From positions 1 to 32,000 of the forward strand of contig JAFCEO010000007.1 of NCBI GenBank assembly GCA_017609085.1: DNA of 32,000 nucleotides, given 5' to 3'. A program made the position numbers and the translations under genes. Position 1 is the stretch's first letter. Each line of letters starts with the position of its first letter. Shown piece after piece: positions 8,204-17,222 of the stretch. This DNA is from Candidatus Pacearchaeota archaeon (GTDB lineage Archaea; Nanobdellota; Nanobdellia; Pacearchaeales; GW2011-AR1). The notes beneath the pieces were generated by a model. The model worked only from the letters and a program-made list of their open reading frames with translations. It had not been told where the DNA came from and ran no database searches.

Positions 8204-9493
8204 ATGCACAACAATATAGATATCACCTTACGAAATATCTCAAAGATAGAAGGGCACACCCACTTAGACGTTAGAGCAAGAAATGGAAAAGTGCACTATT
8301 GTAAATTAAAAGTATCTGAAAACAAACGCTTTTTTACACAAGCTGTCAAAGGTATAAATTACAACTTGGTTCCAACAACTATGTCAAGAATCTGCGGAAC
8401 TTGTTCTTCTGCTCATGTTCTTTGCTCTATAGAAGCAATAGAAAAAGCTCTACGATTGGAGGTAAGCAAACAAACATTGCAATTAAGAAACTTGCTCAGT
8501 TATTCCAGTCACCTCCGTGACCATGCTATGCACCTCTACTTTTTTGTCTTGCCCGACATTTTCAAAAAAGATTCTGTGTTGGATTTTAAGGGGAAAGAAA
8601 AAGAATACATTCACGATGGTTTACACATAAAAGAAGCAGGCAATTTTCTTTCAACAATAGTTGGAGGAAGAGCAGTACATCCGCCAAATCCTGTTATTGG
8701 AGGATTTACAAAATTCCCAAACTCTGAAGAAATGCAAAAAGCAATACAAAAACTTGAATCTTGCAGAGAAAAAATCTTGAAAATAATTGAAATTTTCTAT
8801 AACGATAAAACAACTTTCAAAAGAAAAACAAATTACGTTGCTTTAGTTAATGATGATTATAATTTCCTAAAAGGAAAAATTAAAACAGCTTATGGCACAA
8901 TAATAGAAGAAGAGAGGTATGGAGAACATTTTCAGAGGGTTGTTCTGCCCTATTCAACTGCAACAGCTTTTACATGGGAAAGTAAAGAATATATGGTAGG
9001 TTCACTTGCCAGAATTAATTTAAATAAAGAAAGCCTCAACAAAAGAACAAAACGAGATGTAGCTAAATATCTGAAAATTTTTCCAAGTGATTGCATCTTT
9101 AATAACAATCTTGCTCAAGCAATAGAAATGTTACATGAAATTGATAATTCCATAAACATTCTTGAAGAATTGAAAGATAATATTAAACCAGAAAGTCCAT
9201 ATAAGCCGAAAATTCAGAAAGGTACAGGCATAGGAGTAATTGAAGCTCCTCGAGGAACTCTCTACTACTATCTTGAGTTAAATAATAAGGGTACAGTAAT
9301 TTCTGCAAATTTATGCATACCAACACAACAAAATATTATACATTTAGAAAAAGATGTTGCAAAATATGTTGAGCAATTATTAAAAGAAAAAAAAGAAAAA
9401 AAAACAATCTCGTTAGAAATAGAAAAAATGATAAGAGCTTATGATCCTTGCATGTCTTGTGCGACCCACTTTCTTAAAATAAACTGGATCTGA
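8204..9493 (+). CDS. [NiFe]-hydrogenase large (catalytic) subunit, cytosolic group-3-like
   Basis: 429 aa. It carries the N-terminal IEGH, the L1 motif RICGTCSSAH and the L2 motif DPCMSCATH, followed by a 7-aa tail (FLKINWI). Confidence 0.9.
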   Translation: MHNNIDITLRNISKIEGHTHLDVRARNGKVHYCKLKVSENKRFFTQAVKGINYNLVPTTMSRICGTCSSAHVLCSIEAIEKALRLEVSKQTLQLRNLLSYSSHLRDHAMHLYFFVLPDIFKKDSVLDFKGKEKEYIHDGLHIKEAGNFLSTIVGGRAVHPPNPVIGGFTKFPNSEEMQKAIQKLESCREKILKIIEIFYNDKTTFKRKTNYVALVNDDYNFLKGKIKTAYGTIIEEERYGEHFQRVVLPYSTATAFTWESKEYMVGSLARINLNKESLNKRTKRDVAKYLKIFPSDCIFNNNLAQAIEMLHEIDNSINILEELKDNIKPESPYKPKIQKGTGIGVIEAPRGTLYYYLELNNKGTVISANLCIPTQQNIIHLEKDVAKYVEQLLKEKKEKKTISLEIEKMIRAYDPCMSCATHFLKINWI

Positions 9494-9837
9494 CTAAAAG
9501 CTTTATTCTCATCCATATCTTGTGGAATACAAATTATTTTGACTTTTTTTATTTTCCCAATTTTTTTTAATAACTTTAGGTTATAAGTTAAATCAAAATC
9601 ATGCAGAGTGTAAATCCTTCCTATTTGTAATTTATCGATATCATCTATAATCTCAACTTTATCTATATTTTCACCCACATCTAAAATTGTCAGGTTTTTT
9701 CCTTCTTTTTCTAAACTCTCAGAAGGTTCAATCTCTTTAAACTCTATATTTGGAAAGGTGTCTCTCAATTTTGGAAGTATTCTCAAAGCCAAACTATCTT
9801 TTTCTATAAGAGGATTGCCAAAAACTAAAATTTTCAT
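9439..9837 (-). CDS. hydrogenase maturation endopeptidase (HycI/HybD/FrhD family)
   Basis: MKILVFGNPLIEKDSLA matches the family N-terminus. Candidate metal ligands are D in GNPLIEKD, D in ILDVG and H in YTLHDF. The ATG at 9837 follows the upstream stop by 1 nt; the track start at 9855 is an alternative. Confidence 0.7.
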   Translation of the reverse strand: MKILVFGNPLIEKDSLALRILPKLRDTFPNIEFKEIEPSESLEKEGKNLTILDVGENIDKVEIIDDIDKLQIGRIYTLHDFDLTYNLKLLKKIGKIKKVKIICIPQDMDENKAFSQIQFILRKWVAQDMQGS

Positions 9838-9838
9838 C

Positions 9839-10330
9839 TTAATACAAAAAATCATATTTTTCTATCTCTGAGTCTCGGCAATAATCTACTATCATACCAA
9901 CATGAGTTATTATTATGTCGCCTTCTATTATTTTTTCTAAAATCCCTTTTTCTATAGCTACAGAAATTTCTTTTAAACTGAAGATTTTATTTTGAAAATG
10001 TTTTGGAAGGTCAAAAAAAGGAAGACGAAGTTCTGTAAAAATGTTTTTGTCTTTAACAGAACAAATCCTATAGGGGATAACTAGATGAAATTGAGAAAAA
10101 TGAGTTAAATGTTCGGCCAGTAAGTCTTCTCTGCCACTATTAAAAATTGATTTTGATGTTTCAAAATTATGGATTTCGAAAAAATAATCTCTAACCCTTT
10201 CCCTCGAATAATTTCCTTTAAAAAAATTTTTAATTTCGTTTTTTTTAAGAAGTTTAAAAAACAATTCCTCGTTTCCAATTGTGCAAGGAAAAGTATAAAA
10301 ATAAAGCCATTTGTACTCTTTGTCCACCAT
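9839..10330 (-). CDS. hypothetical protein, translationally coupled to the hydrogenase protease
   Basis: This is a 168-aa track ORF. I prefer the ATG at 10330 (MVDKEYKW...) because TTATAAAAA (10349-10357) lies about 23 nt upstream of it. The junction with the protease gene is TAA-G-ATG. Confidence 0.55.
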   Translation of the reverse strand: MVDKEYKWLYFYTFPCTIGNEELFFKLLKKNEIKNFFKGNYSRERVRDYFFEIHNFETSKSIFNSGREDLLAEHLTHFSQFHLVIPYRICSVKDKNIFTELRLPFFDLPKHFQNKIFSLKEISVAIEKGILEKIIEGDIIITHVGMIVDYCRDSEIEKYDFLY

Positions 10331-10437
10331 ATAATTGCAAGACATATGTCTTATAAAAATTTATTGAAGTCCAAAATTTAACTCTCCGCATTTTACTTCT
10401 GCAAAACACTTGTAACTTTCAGGGTCCGTTATGAATT

Positions 10438-10761
10438 TCATCCTTCTTTGTTACTTCTTCTTGATTGTTGAACAACTTTAAAATTTCCACCTTCAATTTT
10501 AATTGCTTTTCCATTAACTAAAGCGTCTGCTATTTTTTTTCTTGCCGATGTTAACAATCTCGATAATGTTGGTTGCGATATTCTCATCTGTTTTCCAGCT
10601 TTGCTCTGTTCAATCCCTTCTAAATCAACCAGTCTTATAGCTTCTAATTCATCAAATGTTAAAATATTTTCAACCAAATGCCTCATCGGAACGCCAGCCG
10701 GCTTAAAAAACAATGCATCTGGCTGAAAAAATATTCTTCTACAAATTCTTGGTCTTGGCAT
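10438..10761 (-). CDS. DUF134 (UPF0251) family predicted DNA-binding protein
   Basis: MPRPRICRRIFFQP..F.P.G is the family N-terminus, followed by an HTH-like segment SKAGKQMRISQPTLSRLLTSARKKIADAL. The start is placed at M18 of the track ORF, and a TATA-like TATATTTAAAT lies about 27 nt upstream of that ATG. Confidence 0.8.
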   Translation of the reverse strand: MPRPRICRRIFFQPDALFFKPAGVPMRHLVENILTFDELEAIRLVDLEGIEQSKAGKQMRISQPTLSRLLTSARKKIADALVNGKAIKIEGGNFKVVQQSRRSNKEG

Positions 10762-10902
10762 TTTTATAAATGTAGATAATTCTATATTTAAATTCTTACT
10801 TTTAAAATACAATTTGTTGTTTATATTCGTATCAACAAAACATTTTTAAACCTTTTATTCGTTATTTTTCTAATAAATAAAAGGAGGTAAAATCTATAAA
10901 AA

Positions 10903-11358
10903 ATGAACAAAAAAGGATTGAGTCAAGTTGTGACAGTTATATTGATACTCTTACTTGTCTTGGCAGCAGTTGCAATTATATGGAGAGTAGTTGGAGGAGT
11001 TGTAAGAAAAGGAGCCGAAACAGCTGGAGAAAAAGCAAGCTGCATTGGAATTACTTTGTCGTTAAAGAATGTAGGGTGTAACATCAGTTTATCCAATGTT
11101 ACAGGAATAGTATCTAGGGATGCTGATAATGGGGACTTGACAGATGTAAAAATCATTGTTGGAAATAATATTATAACTTCTACAGAAGGAGGATTCAGTG
11201 TTCCAGAGCCTTTAGGATCAGTCCAATTCGCAAACCTAATGGACGAAGACAATACAATGAATGAAGGAGACTTAGTTATGGTAAAAGTAGCACCTGTTGT
11301 TGGAGAGGGAATAACTTGTGATACTACTGATGAAGTTACAGTTAAGTGTGTAAGTTAA
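10903..11358 (+). CDS. archaeal type IV pilin-like protein (class III signal peptide)
   Basis: The N-terminus MNKKG|LSQVVTVILILLLVLAAVAIIW has a basic-Gly cleavage motif followed by a hydrophobic helix. GGAGGT sits at 10883-10888 upstream. Confidence 0.75.
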   Translation: MNKKGLSQVVTVILILLLVLAAVAIIWRVVGGVVRKGAETAGEKASCIGITLSLKNVGCNISLSNVTGIVSRDADNGDLTDVKIIVGNNIITSTEGGFSVPEPLGSVQFANLMDEDNTMNEGDLVMVKVAPVVGEGITCDTTDEVTVKCVS

Positions 11359-11365
11359 TAAAATA

Positions 11366-11385
11366 TTTTTATTTTTATTTTTTTT
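11366..11385 (+). terminator. oligo-T tracts downstream of the pilin-like gene (putative archaeal terminator)
   Basis: T5, T5 and T8 runs lie within 30 nt after the stop codon at 11356-11358. Confidence 0.35.
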
Positions 11386-11603
11386 AGAATTTTTATATTT
11401 GAATTCTTATAATTTTTATAAGAGTGGCTGCATTAAAAGATGTTAGATTTAACTAGCTAATTTTAAGCTCAAAAATCTCTTAACATATTTTATACTCAAT
11501 TTTTCTGAAGCAAAACTTCTCACTCCTAACGGGAAAGCATAACACAAGTTATGTCTATTTCAGAATCTTGGCCAAAAAAATAGAAACCGAAAGATTTATT
11601 TTT

Positions 11604-11915
11604 TTAAGGAATACTATTTTCAATATATGTAACTCTTGCAAATCTATCTGTAAGAATTATATCTTGTCGTCCGTCTTGATTTACATCACCGATAGCTATT
11701 CTTGAAACAATAGAAAATCATTATATCCTTCACCAATTATCCTTCTATCTTTAAAGTATCCCCCTTTTCTTTCAGTAGTTTGTTCTGGTTTCGGCTGATT
11801 GTTTTGTGTGTTTGATTTATCGCATCCGAATAAACCAAGACTTCTTAATCCAACCAATGCATAAGTCGCAATTTTTAATAATGTGAGGACTCTAAAATAT
11901 TGTCTGTTTCGTCAT
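11604..11915 (-). pseudogene. eroded remnant of a secreted, lipobox-like FG-GAP/VCBS-repeat protein
   Basis: On the minus strand, ATG (11915) gives MTKQTIF then a stop. The +1 frame continues RVLTLLKIATYALVGLRSLGLFGCDKSNTQNNQPKPEQTTERKGGYFKDRRIIGEGYNDFLLFQE then a stop. A third frame gives IAIGDVNQDGRQDIILTDRFARVTYIENSIP, which contains the DxNxDGxxD loop. Confidence 0.5.
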
Positions 11916-11992
11916 TATTGATAAAATGCTCGAGCTCTCAAATTTTCATTCGGAAAAGAAAAACTAACAACTGTTAAATTAATAAACAAAGA

Positions 11993-12000
11993 TTTTTAAA
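11993..12000 (+). promoter_or_regulatory. TATA-like box for rps6e (leaderless spacing)
   Basis: TTTTTAAA is centred about 25 nt upstream of the ATG at 12022. Confidence 0.45.
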
Positions 12001-12021
12001 CCCATTTCTCACTTAATATTT

Positions 12022-12519
12022 ATGGTTTTTAAAATTAATATTTCAGATAAAGGAAGAACTTTAAAAATAGAAACAGAAAACGAATCTTTAATAGGAAAAA
12101 GAATAGGGGAAACTTTAAAAGGAGAAGATATTTCTCCAAACTTAACAGGTTATGTTTTAGAAATTACAGGCACTTCTGATATTGCTGGTTTTCCAGGTAA
12201 AAGAGATGTAGAAGGAAGCGGCTTAAAAAGGGTCTTGCTTACAAAAGGATTCGGAATGAAGAAAAAGCCAAGAGGAGAATCAAAAAAAACAAAAAAAGTT
12301 GAAAGAGGTTTACGATTAAAGAAAACAGTAAGAGGAAATACTATTTCTCCTGATACAGTTCAAATCAACACAATAGTAAAAAAAGAAGGCTCTACAAAAT
12401 TTGAAGATTTATTGCCTAAAAAAGAATCTCCTGCCGAAGAAAAGAAAGAAGGCGAAGAGGGAACAGTAGAAGAAAAAAAAGAAGAAGTTAAAGAAAAACC
12501 TGTAGAGAAAACTAATTGA
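12022..12519 (+). CDS. rps6e: 30S ribosomal protein S6e with a Lys/Glu-rich C-terminal extension
   Basis: MVFKINISDKGRTLKIE...GYVLEITGTSDIAGFPG is an S6e signature. The tail is KKESPAEEKKEGEEGTVEEKKEEVKEKPVEKTN. Confidence 0.9.
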   Translation: MVFKINISDKGRTLKIETENESLIGKRIGETLKGEDISPNLTGYVLEITGTSDIAGFPGKRDVEGSGLKRVLLTKGFGMKKKPRGESKKTKKVERGLRLKKTVRGNTISPDTVQINTIVKKEGSTKFEDLLPKKESPAEEKKEGEEGTVEEKKEEVKEKPVEKTN

Positions 12520-12701
12520 GATAGAAGGCAGTTTTTAAATCTAAAAAGAGGAAAAATAAAAATAAGCTTTTCAGCCCGTGAAATGCCTAAATTTTAGCAG
12601 AAAGGTTTTTAAAGGAAAATAACTTTTTATTCATGAGCCAGATAGAAATTCTGCTCAATTTTTAAAAATTTTATAAAAGAGTTAGTCAAAACTGTCTAAA
12701 G

Positions 12702-14600
12702 ATGGAAAGTCAAGAAAAATCAAAATTTTACAAAGCAGAACAAATCAGAGTTTTAGAGGGTCTTGAGGGGGTTAGAAAAAGACCTGCAATGTATATAGGT
12801 AGTACTGGAAAAGACGGTTTACACCATTTAGTTTATGAAGTGGTGGATAATTCTATTGATGAATGTTTGGCAGGATATTGCAATTTAATTAAGATTACCA
12901 TAAATAAAGATGGAAGTATCTCTGTTAAAGATAACGGAAGAGGAATTCCTGTTGATAAACATCCTATTTATAAAAAATCTGCAATGGAGGTTGCATTAAC
13001 CAAATTACATGCAGGAGGGAAATTTGAAAAAACAGCTTATCAAATTTCAGGAGGTCTGCATGGTGTCGGAGTAAGTTGTGTCAACGCTCTTTCAAAAAGA
13101 TTAATTGCCAGAGTTTGGAGAGATGGAAAAATCTATCAACAGGAATACAAAATCGGAAAACCATTATATGATGTGAAAGTTGTTGGGAAATGCAATAATG
13201 ATGAAACAGGGACCGAGATTATATTTTACCCCGACCCTGAAATCTTCTCTGTAACAGAGTTTGATTTTAATGTTTTAAAAAAAAGATTGCAGGAAATAGC
13301 ATTCTTAAATCCTACTGTTAAAATAATATTAAAAGATGAGAAACAGGGAAAAAAAGAAATTTTACACTACGCCGGCGGATTGGTTGAATTTGTCAAACAT
13401 ATAAATAAATCTAAACAGGTTTTACATAAACCGATTTATTTCAAAAAGCAATTAGATTCAACAATTGTAGAAGTGGCTATTCAATATACAGAGGGCTATA
13501 ATGAAAATATTTTTGGTTTTGTTAATACTATAAATACAACAGAAGGAGGCACCCATATTTCTGGTTTCAAAACGGCGTTGACAAGAGCAATAAATGAGTA
13601 TGCTAAGAAAAAAGGAGTTTTGAAGAATGGAAGTCTAACGGGAGATGATGTCAGAGAAGGTTTAACTGCAATAATAAATCTAAAACTTCCAAATCCTCAA
13701 TTTGAAGGACAAACTAAAACAAAATTAGGAAATAGCGAAGTTAAAGGATATGTGGATTCTATGGTTTCTACTGCTTTATCTGAGTTTCTTGAAGAAAATC
13801 CTACAATTGCTAATAAAATTGTTCAAAAAGCCGTTTCAGCAGCTAAGGCGAGAGATGCAGCTAAAAAAGCTCGTGACCTTGTAAGAAGGAAAAGTGTAAC
13901 AGGATTTTCTGGATTGCCTGGAAAATTATCAGACTGTTCAAGTAAGAAAGTTGAAAAAACAGAACTTTATATTGTAGAAGGGGACTCTGCAGCAGGAAGT
14001 AGTAAAATGGCACGTGACAAAGAGTTTCAAGCTATTTTACCATTAAAGGGAAAAATTTTAAATGTAGAGAAAGCAGCTCCAACTAAAGTTCTCTCAAGTG
14101 AGGAAATAGCAAACTTAATTACCGCTTTGGGAACAGGCATTAAAGAAAATTTTGATATTAAAAAATTAAGATATAGCAAAATTATAATCATGACAGATGC
14201 TGATGTTGATGGTCAGCATATAAGGACTTTATTATTGACTTTCTTTTTCAGATATGTTCCGGAATTAATCGAAAATGGGAATGTTTATATTGCTGTTTCA
14301 CCTCTGTACAGAGTAAGAAAAGGAAAAGATTATTATGTTTATTCTGATGATGAACTTAAAAAATTATTGGATAAACTTGGCGGAAAAGCAGATGTTCAAA
14401 GGTTTAAAGGGTTAGGAGAAATGAATCCTCAACAATTATGGGATACTACAATGAACCCCAAAACAAGAATCTTAAAAAAGGTTACAATAGAAGACGCTAT
14501 TCTTGCTGATGAAACATTTTCAATGTTAATGGGGGATGCTGTCGGCCCAAGAAGAAAATTTATAGAAGCAAACGCCAATGTTGCTGAAATAGACATTTAA
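12702..14600 (+). CDS. gyrB: DNA gyrase subunit B
   Basis: 632 aa. It has the GHKL ATPase motifs ([28 protein letters not shown]) and the Toprim motifs (EGDSAGG-like [30 protein letters not shown]). Confidence 0.95.
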   Translation: MESQEKSKFYKAEQIRVLEGLEGVRKRPAMYIGSTGKDGLHHLVYEVVDNSIDECLAGYCNLIKITINKDGSISVKDNGRGIPVDKHPIYKKSAMEVALTKLHAGGKFEKTAYQISGGLHGVGVSCVNALSKRLIARVWRDGKIYQQEYKIGKPLYDVKVVGKCNNDETGTEIIFYPDPEIFSVTEFDFNVLKKRLQEIAFLNPTVKIILKDEKQGKKEILHYAGGLVEFVKHINKSKQVLHKPIYFKKQLDSTIVEVAIQYTEGYNENIFGFVNTINTTEGGTHISGFKTALTRAINEYAKKKGVLKNGSLTGDDVREGLTAIINLKLPNPQFEGQTKTKLGNSEVKGYVDSMVSTALSEFLEENPTIANKIVQKAVSAAKARDAAKKARDLVRRKSVTGFSGLPGKLSDCSSKKVEKTELYIVEGDSAAGSSKMARDKEFQAILPLKGKILNVEKAAPTKVLSSEEIANLITALGTGIKENFDIKKLRYSKIIIMTDADVDGQHIRTLLLTFFFRYVPELIENGNVYIAVSPLYRVRKGKDYYVYSDDELKKLLDKLGGKADVQRFKGLGEMNPQQLWDTTMNPKTRILKKVTIEDAILADETFSMLMGDAVGPRRKFIEANANVAEIDI

Positions 14601-14601
14601 A

Positions 14602-17145
14602 ATGCCAGAAAAAGAAATAAGTGAAAAATCGGAACTGAAAGAAGAAAATAAGGATAATGAAAATTATGAAGTAGAAAAGATTGAAAAAACAGAATTTAAT
14701 TTAAAAGATCTTGATGAAAATAGAGTAGTTATTAGTGAGATTTCCAGTGAAATGAAGAGGGCGTATATTAATTATGCAATGTCTGTTATTACGTCTAGAG
14801 CATTGCCAAGTGTGGAAGACGGGTTAAAACCGGTTCAAAGGAGAATTCTTTATGCGATGAAATTGATGGGTTTAGAAAAAGGAACAACTAAAAAATCGGC
14901 GAGAATTGTTGGAGATGTCATTGGAAAATTCCATCCTCATGGAGACACGGCGATTTATGACGCGATGGTTAGAATGGCTCAAGATTTTTCTTTAAGATAT
15001 CCTTTAATTCTGGGACAAGGAAATTTTGGGTCAATGGATGGAGATTCTCCTGCTGCTATGAGATATACCGAAGCAAAATTAAATAAAATCTCCATAGAGT
15101 TGTTACAAGACATTGATAAAGAAACTGTCAAGTTTATTCCTAATTTTGATAATTCAATAAAAGAACCAATTGTTCTCCCAGGAAAATTGCCTAATCTTTT
15201 AATAAACGGGAGTTCTGGAATAGCTGTAGGGTTAACTACAAACATACCACCCCACAATCTCAGTGAAGTTTGTGATGCAATAATTAAGACAATTGACAAA
15301 CCAAGCATAACAATCCCCGAACTAATGCAAATAATTCAAGGACCTGATTTTCCTACTGGTGGAAAAATAGTAAGTGAAAATTTCTCTGAGTTATATGAGA
15401 AAGGAAGGGCAAGTTTTATTGTTAGAGGAAAGGTTATAACAGAAACAAAAAAAGACAAAGTAGCAGTTATAATCACAGAGATTCCTTATCAGGTCAATAA
15501 AGCTGATTTAGTTAAACAAATTGCAGAACTCGTTGAAGCTAAAAAATTGCCCGATGTAAAAGATATAAGAGACGAAAGTTCTAAGGGAAAAGTTAGAATT
15601 GTTATTGAATTAAAAAAAGGAACTGATGCTAAATTTACAATTAATAGGCTTTACAAATCCACCAAATTACAGAGTAGATTTGATGCTGTTCTAGTAGCCT
15701 TAGTTAATGGCGTTCCTCAACAACTTAATCTTAAACAATTAATTGAATGTTATATTAATCACAGAAGAAGAATAATAAGAAAAAGAACAGAATTCGATTT
15801 GAAGAAAGCGGAGGCAAGAGAGCACATTGTTAAAGGTTTATTAATATCTTTAAAAAATTTAGAAAAAGTAATTGACATAATTAAAAAGAGTAGGACAACA
15901 AACGATGCAAGCGAATCTTTACAGAAGAATTTTAAATTGACAAAAAAACAAGCAGACGCTATTCTAGAAATAACATTAAAACAACTGACCTCATTAGAGC
16001 ATGAAAAATTAAAAAAAGAAGAAAAAGAATTAGTGAAAAAAATTGAAGAACTGAGAAGAATTTTGTCTTCTGAAAAAGAGATTTTAGCCATAATTAAAAG
16101 AGAATTACAAGAATTAAAGAAAAATTACGGAGATGTAAGAAGAAGCCAAATTATAAAATCAGTTAAGGAATTGAAAGAAAAAGATTTAATTCAAAAGCAA
16201 AGTGTCATTATTACAATAACAGAAAAAGGATATATAAAAAGAACACCTTTCAGAGTTTACCATGAACAAAGAAGAGGTGGCAAAGGCGTTATCGGAGCGG
16301 AGCTGGTAAGCGACGATTTTGTTAAAAAGATAATTACATGCTCAACCCATGATACCTTACTTCTATTTACAAGAAGAGGAAGATTATTTTGGCTCAAGGC
16401 ATATAAAGTTCCTGAAACAAAAAGATATGGAAGAGGACAAGCGATTGTTAATTTGTTAAATATAAAGGACGATTCTATAACGAATGTAATGGCTATCAAA
16501 GAATTCAAAGATTATTTGTTTATTGCCACAAAAAAAGGACAGGTTAAGAAAATTAAATTAGAAATATTCTCCAAACCAAGGAGCTCTGGAATAAGAATAA
16601 TCAATCTTCCTGTCGACAATTCTGATGAAGTTGTTGGTGTAGAAAGAATTAAAGATGGAGAAGAAATTATGCTGATTACAAAAAAAGGACAGGCAATTAG
16701 ATTTAACTCAGATGAAATTAGAGTTATGGGAAGAGCTTCATATGGCATAACAGGAATTAAACTTGAAACAGGTGACGAAGTAGTAAGTTTAGAAACCATT
16801 AAAGATCCCAAATTAACAATTTTAACAATCACAGAAAAGGGGTATGGAAAAAGAAGCAGAGTAGAGGATTATCGATTAACTGGAAGAGCTGGAAAAGGTG
16901 TTAAAAATTTAAAAATCACAGAAAAAACAGGAAATGTCGTGTCCAGCATAGCTGTAGAAGACAAAGATAAGTTCGTTGTAACCACAAAAAAAGGAATTGC
17001 AATAAAAACTTCTGTCAAAGATATTAGAATTATGGGAAGAGCAACTTCTGGAGTCAGAATAATAAAACTCAACCCAGGAGATAGAGTTTCTGACATAGCC
17101 AAATTAATTGAAGATAAAGATATAGAAGAAGCAACAGAAGATTAA
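14602..17145 (+). CDS. gyrA: DNA gyrase subunit A
   Basis: 847 aa. It has the catalytic-Tyr region [17 protein letters not shown], and the GyrA-box QRRGGKG. The junction with gyrB is TAA-A-ATG. About 45 aa of Glu/Lys-rich N-terminal extension precede the core. Confidence 0.95.
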   Translation: MPEKEISEKSELKEENKDNENYEVEKIEKTEFNLKDLDENRVVISEISSEMKRAYINYAMSVITSRALPSVEDGLKPVQRRILYAMKLMGLEKGTTKKSARIVGDVIGKFHPHGDTAIYDAMVRMAQDFSLRYPLILGQGNFGSMDGDSPAAMRYTEAKLNKISIELLQDIDKETVKFIPNFDNSIKEPIVLPGKLPNLLINGSSGIAVGLTTNIPPHNLSEVCDAIIKTIDKPSITIPELMQIIQGPDFPTGGKIVSENFSELYEKGRASFIVRGKVITETKKDKVAVIITEIPYQVNKADLVKQIAELVEAKKLPDVKDIRDESSKGKVRIVIELKKGTDAKFTINRLYKSTKLQSRFDAVLVALVNGVPQQLNLKQLIECYINHRRRIIRKRTEFDLKKAEAREHIVKGLLISLKNLEKVIDIIKKSRTTNDASESLQKNFKLTKKQADAILEITLKQLTSLEHEKLKKEEKELVKKIEELRRILSSEKEILAIIKRELQELKKNYGDVRRSQIIKSVKELKEKDLIQKQSVIITITEKGYIKRTPFRVYHEQRRGGKGVIGAELVSDDFVKKIITCSTHDTLLLFTRRGRLFWLKAYKVPETKRYGRGQAIVNLLNIKDDSITNVMAIKEFKDYLFIATKKGQVKKIKLEIFSKPRSSGIRIINLPVDNSDEVVGVERIKDGEEIMLITKKGQAIRFNSDEIRVMGRASYGITGIKLETGDEVVSLETIKDPKLTILTITEKGYGKRSRVEDYRLTGRAGKGVKNLKITEKTGNVVSSIAVEDKDKFVVTTKKGIAIKTSVKDIRIMGRATSGVRIIKLNPGDRVSDIAKLIEDKDIEEATED

Positions 17146-17222
17146 TAAACTTAAAATCATCAACTTTTCTAAATTTTTCCAATAATAGGAAAATTTAAAT
17201 ACAGATTTTATTGAAAGTTGAT

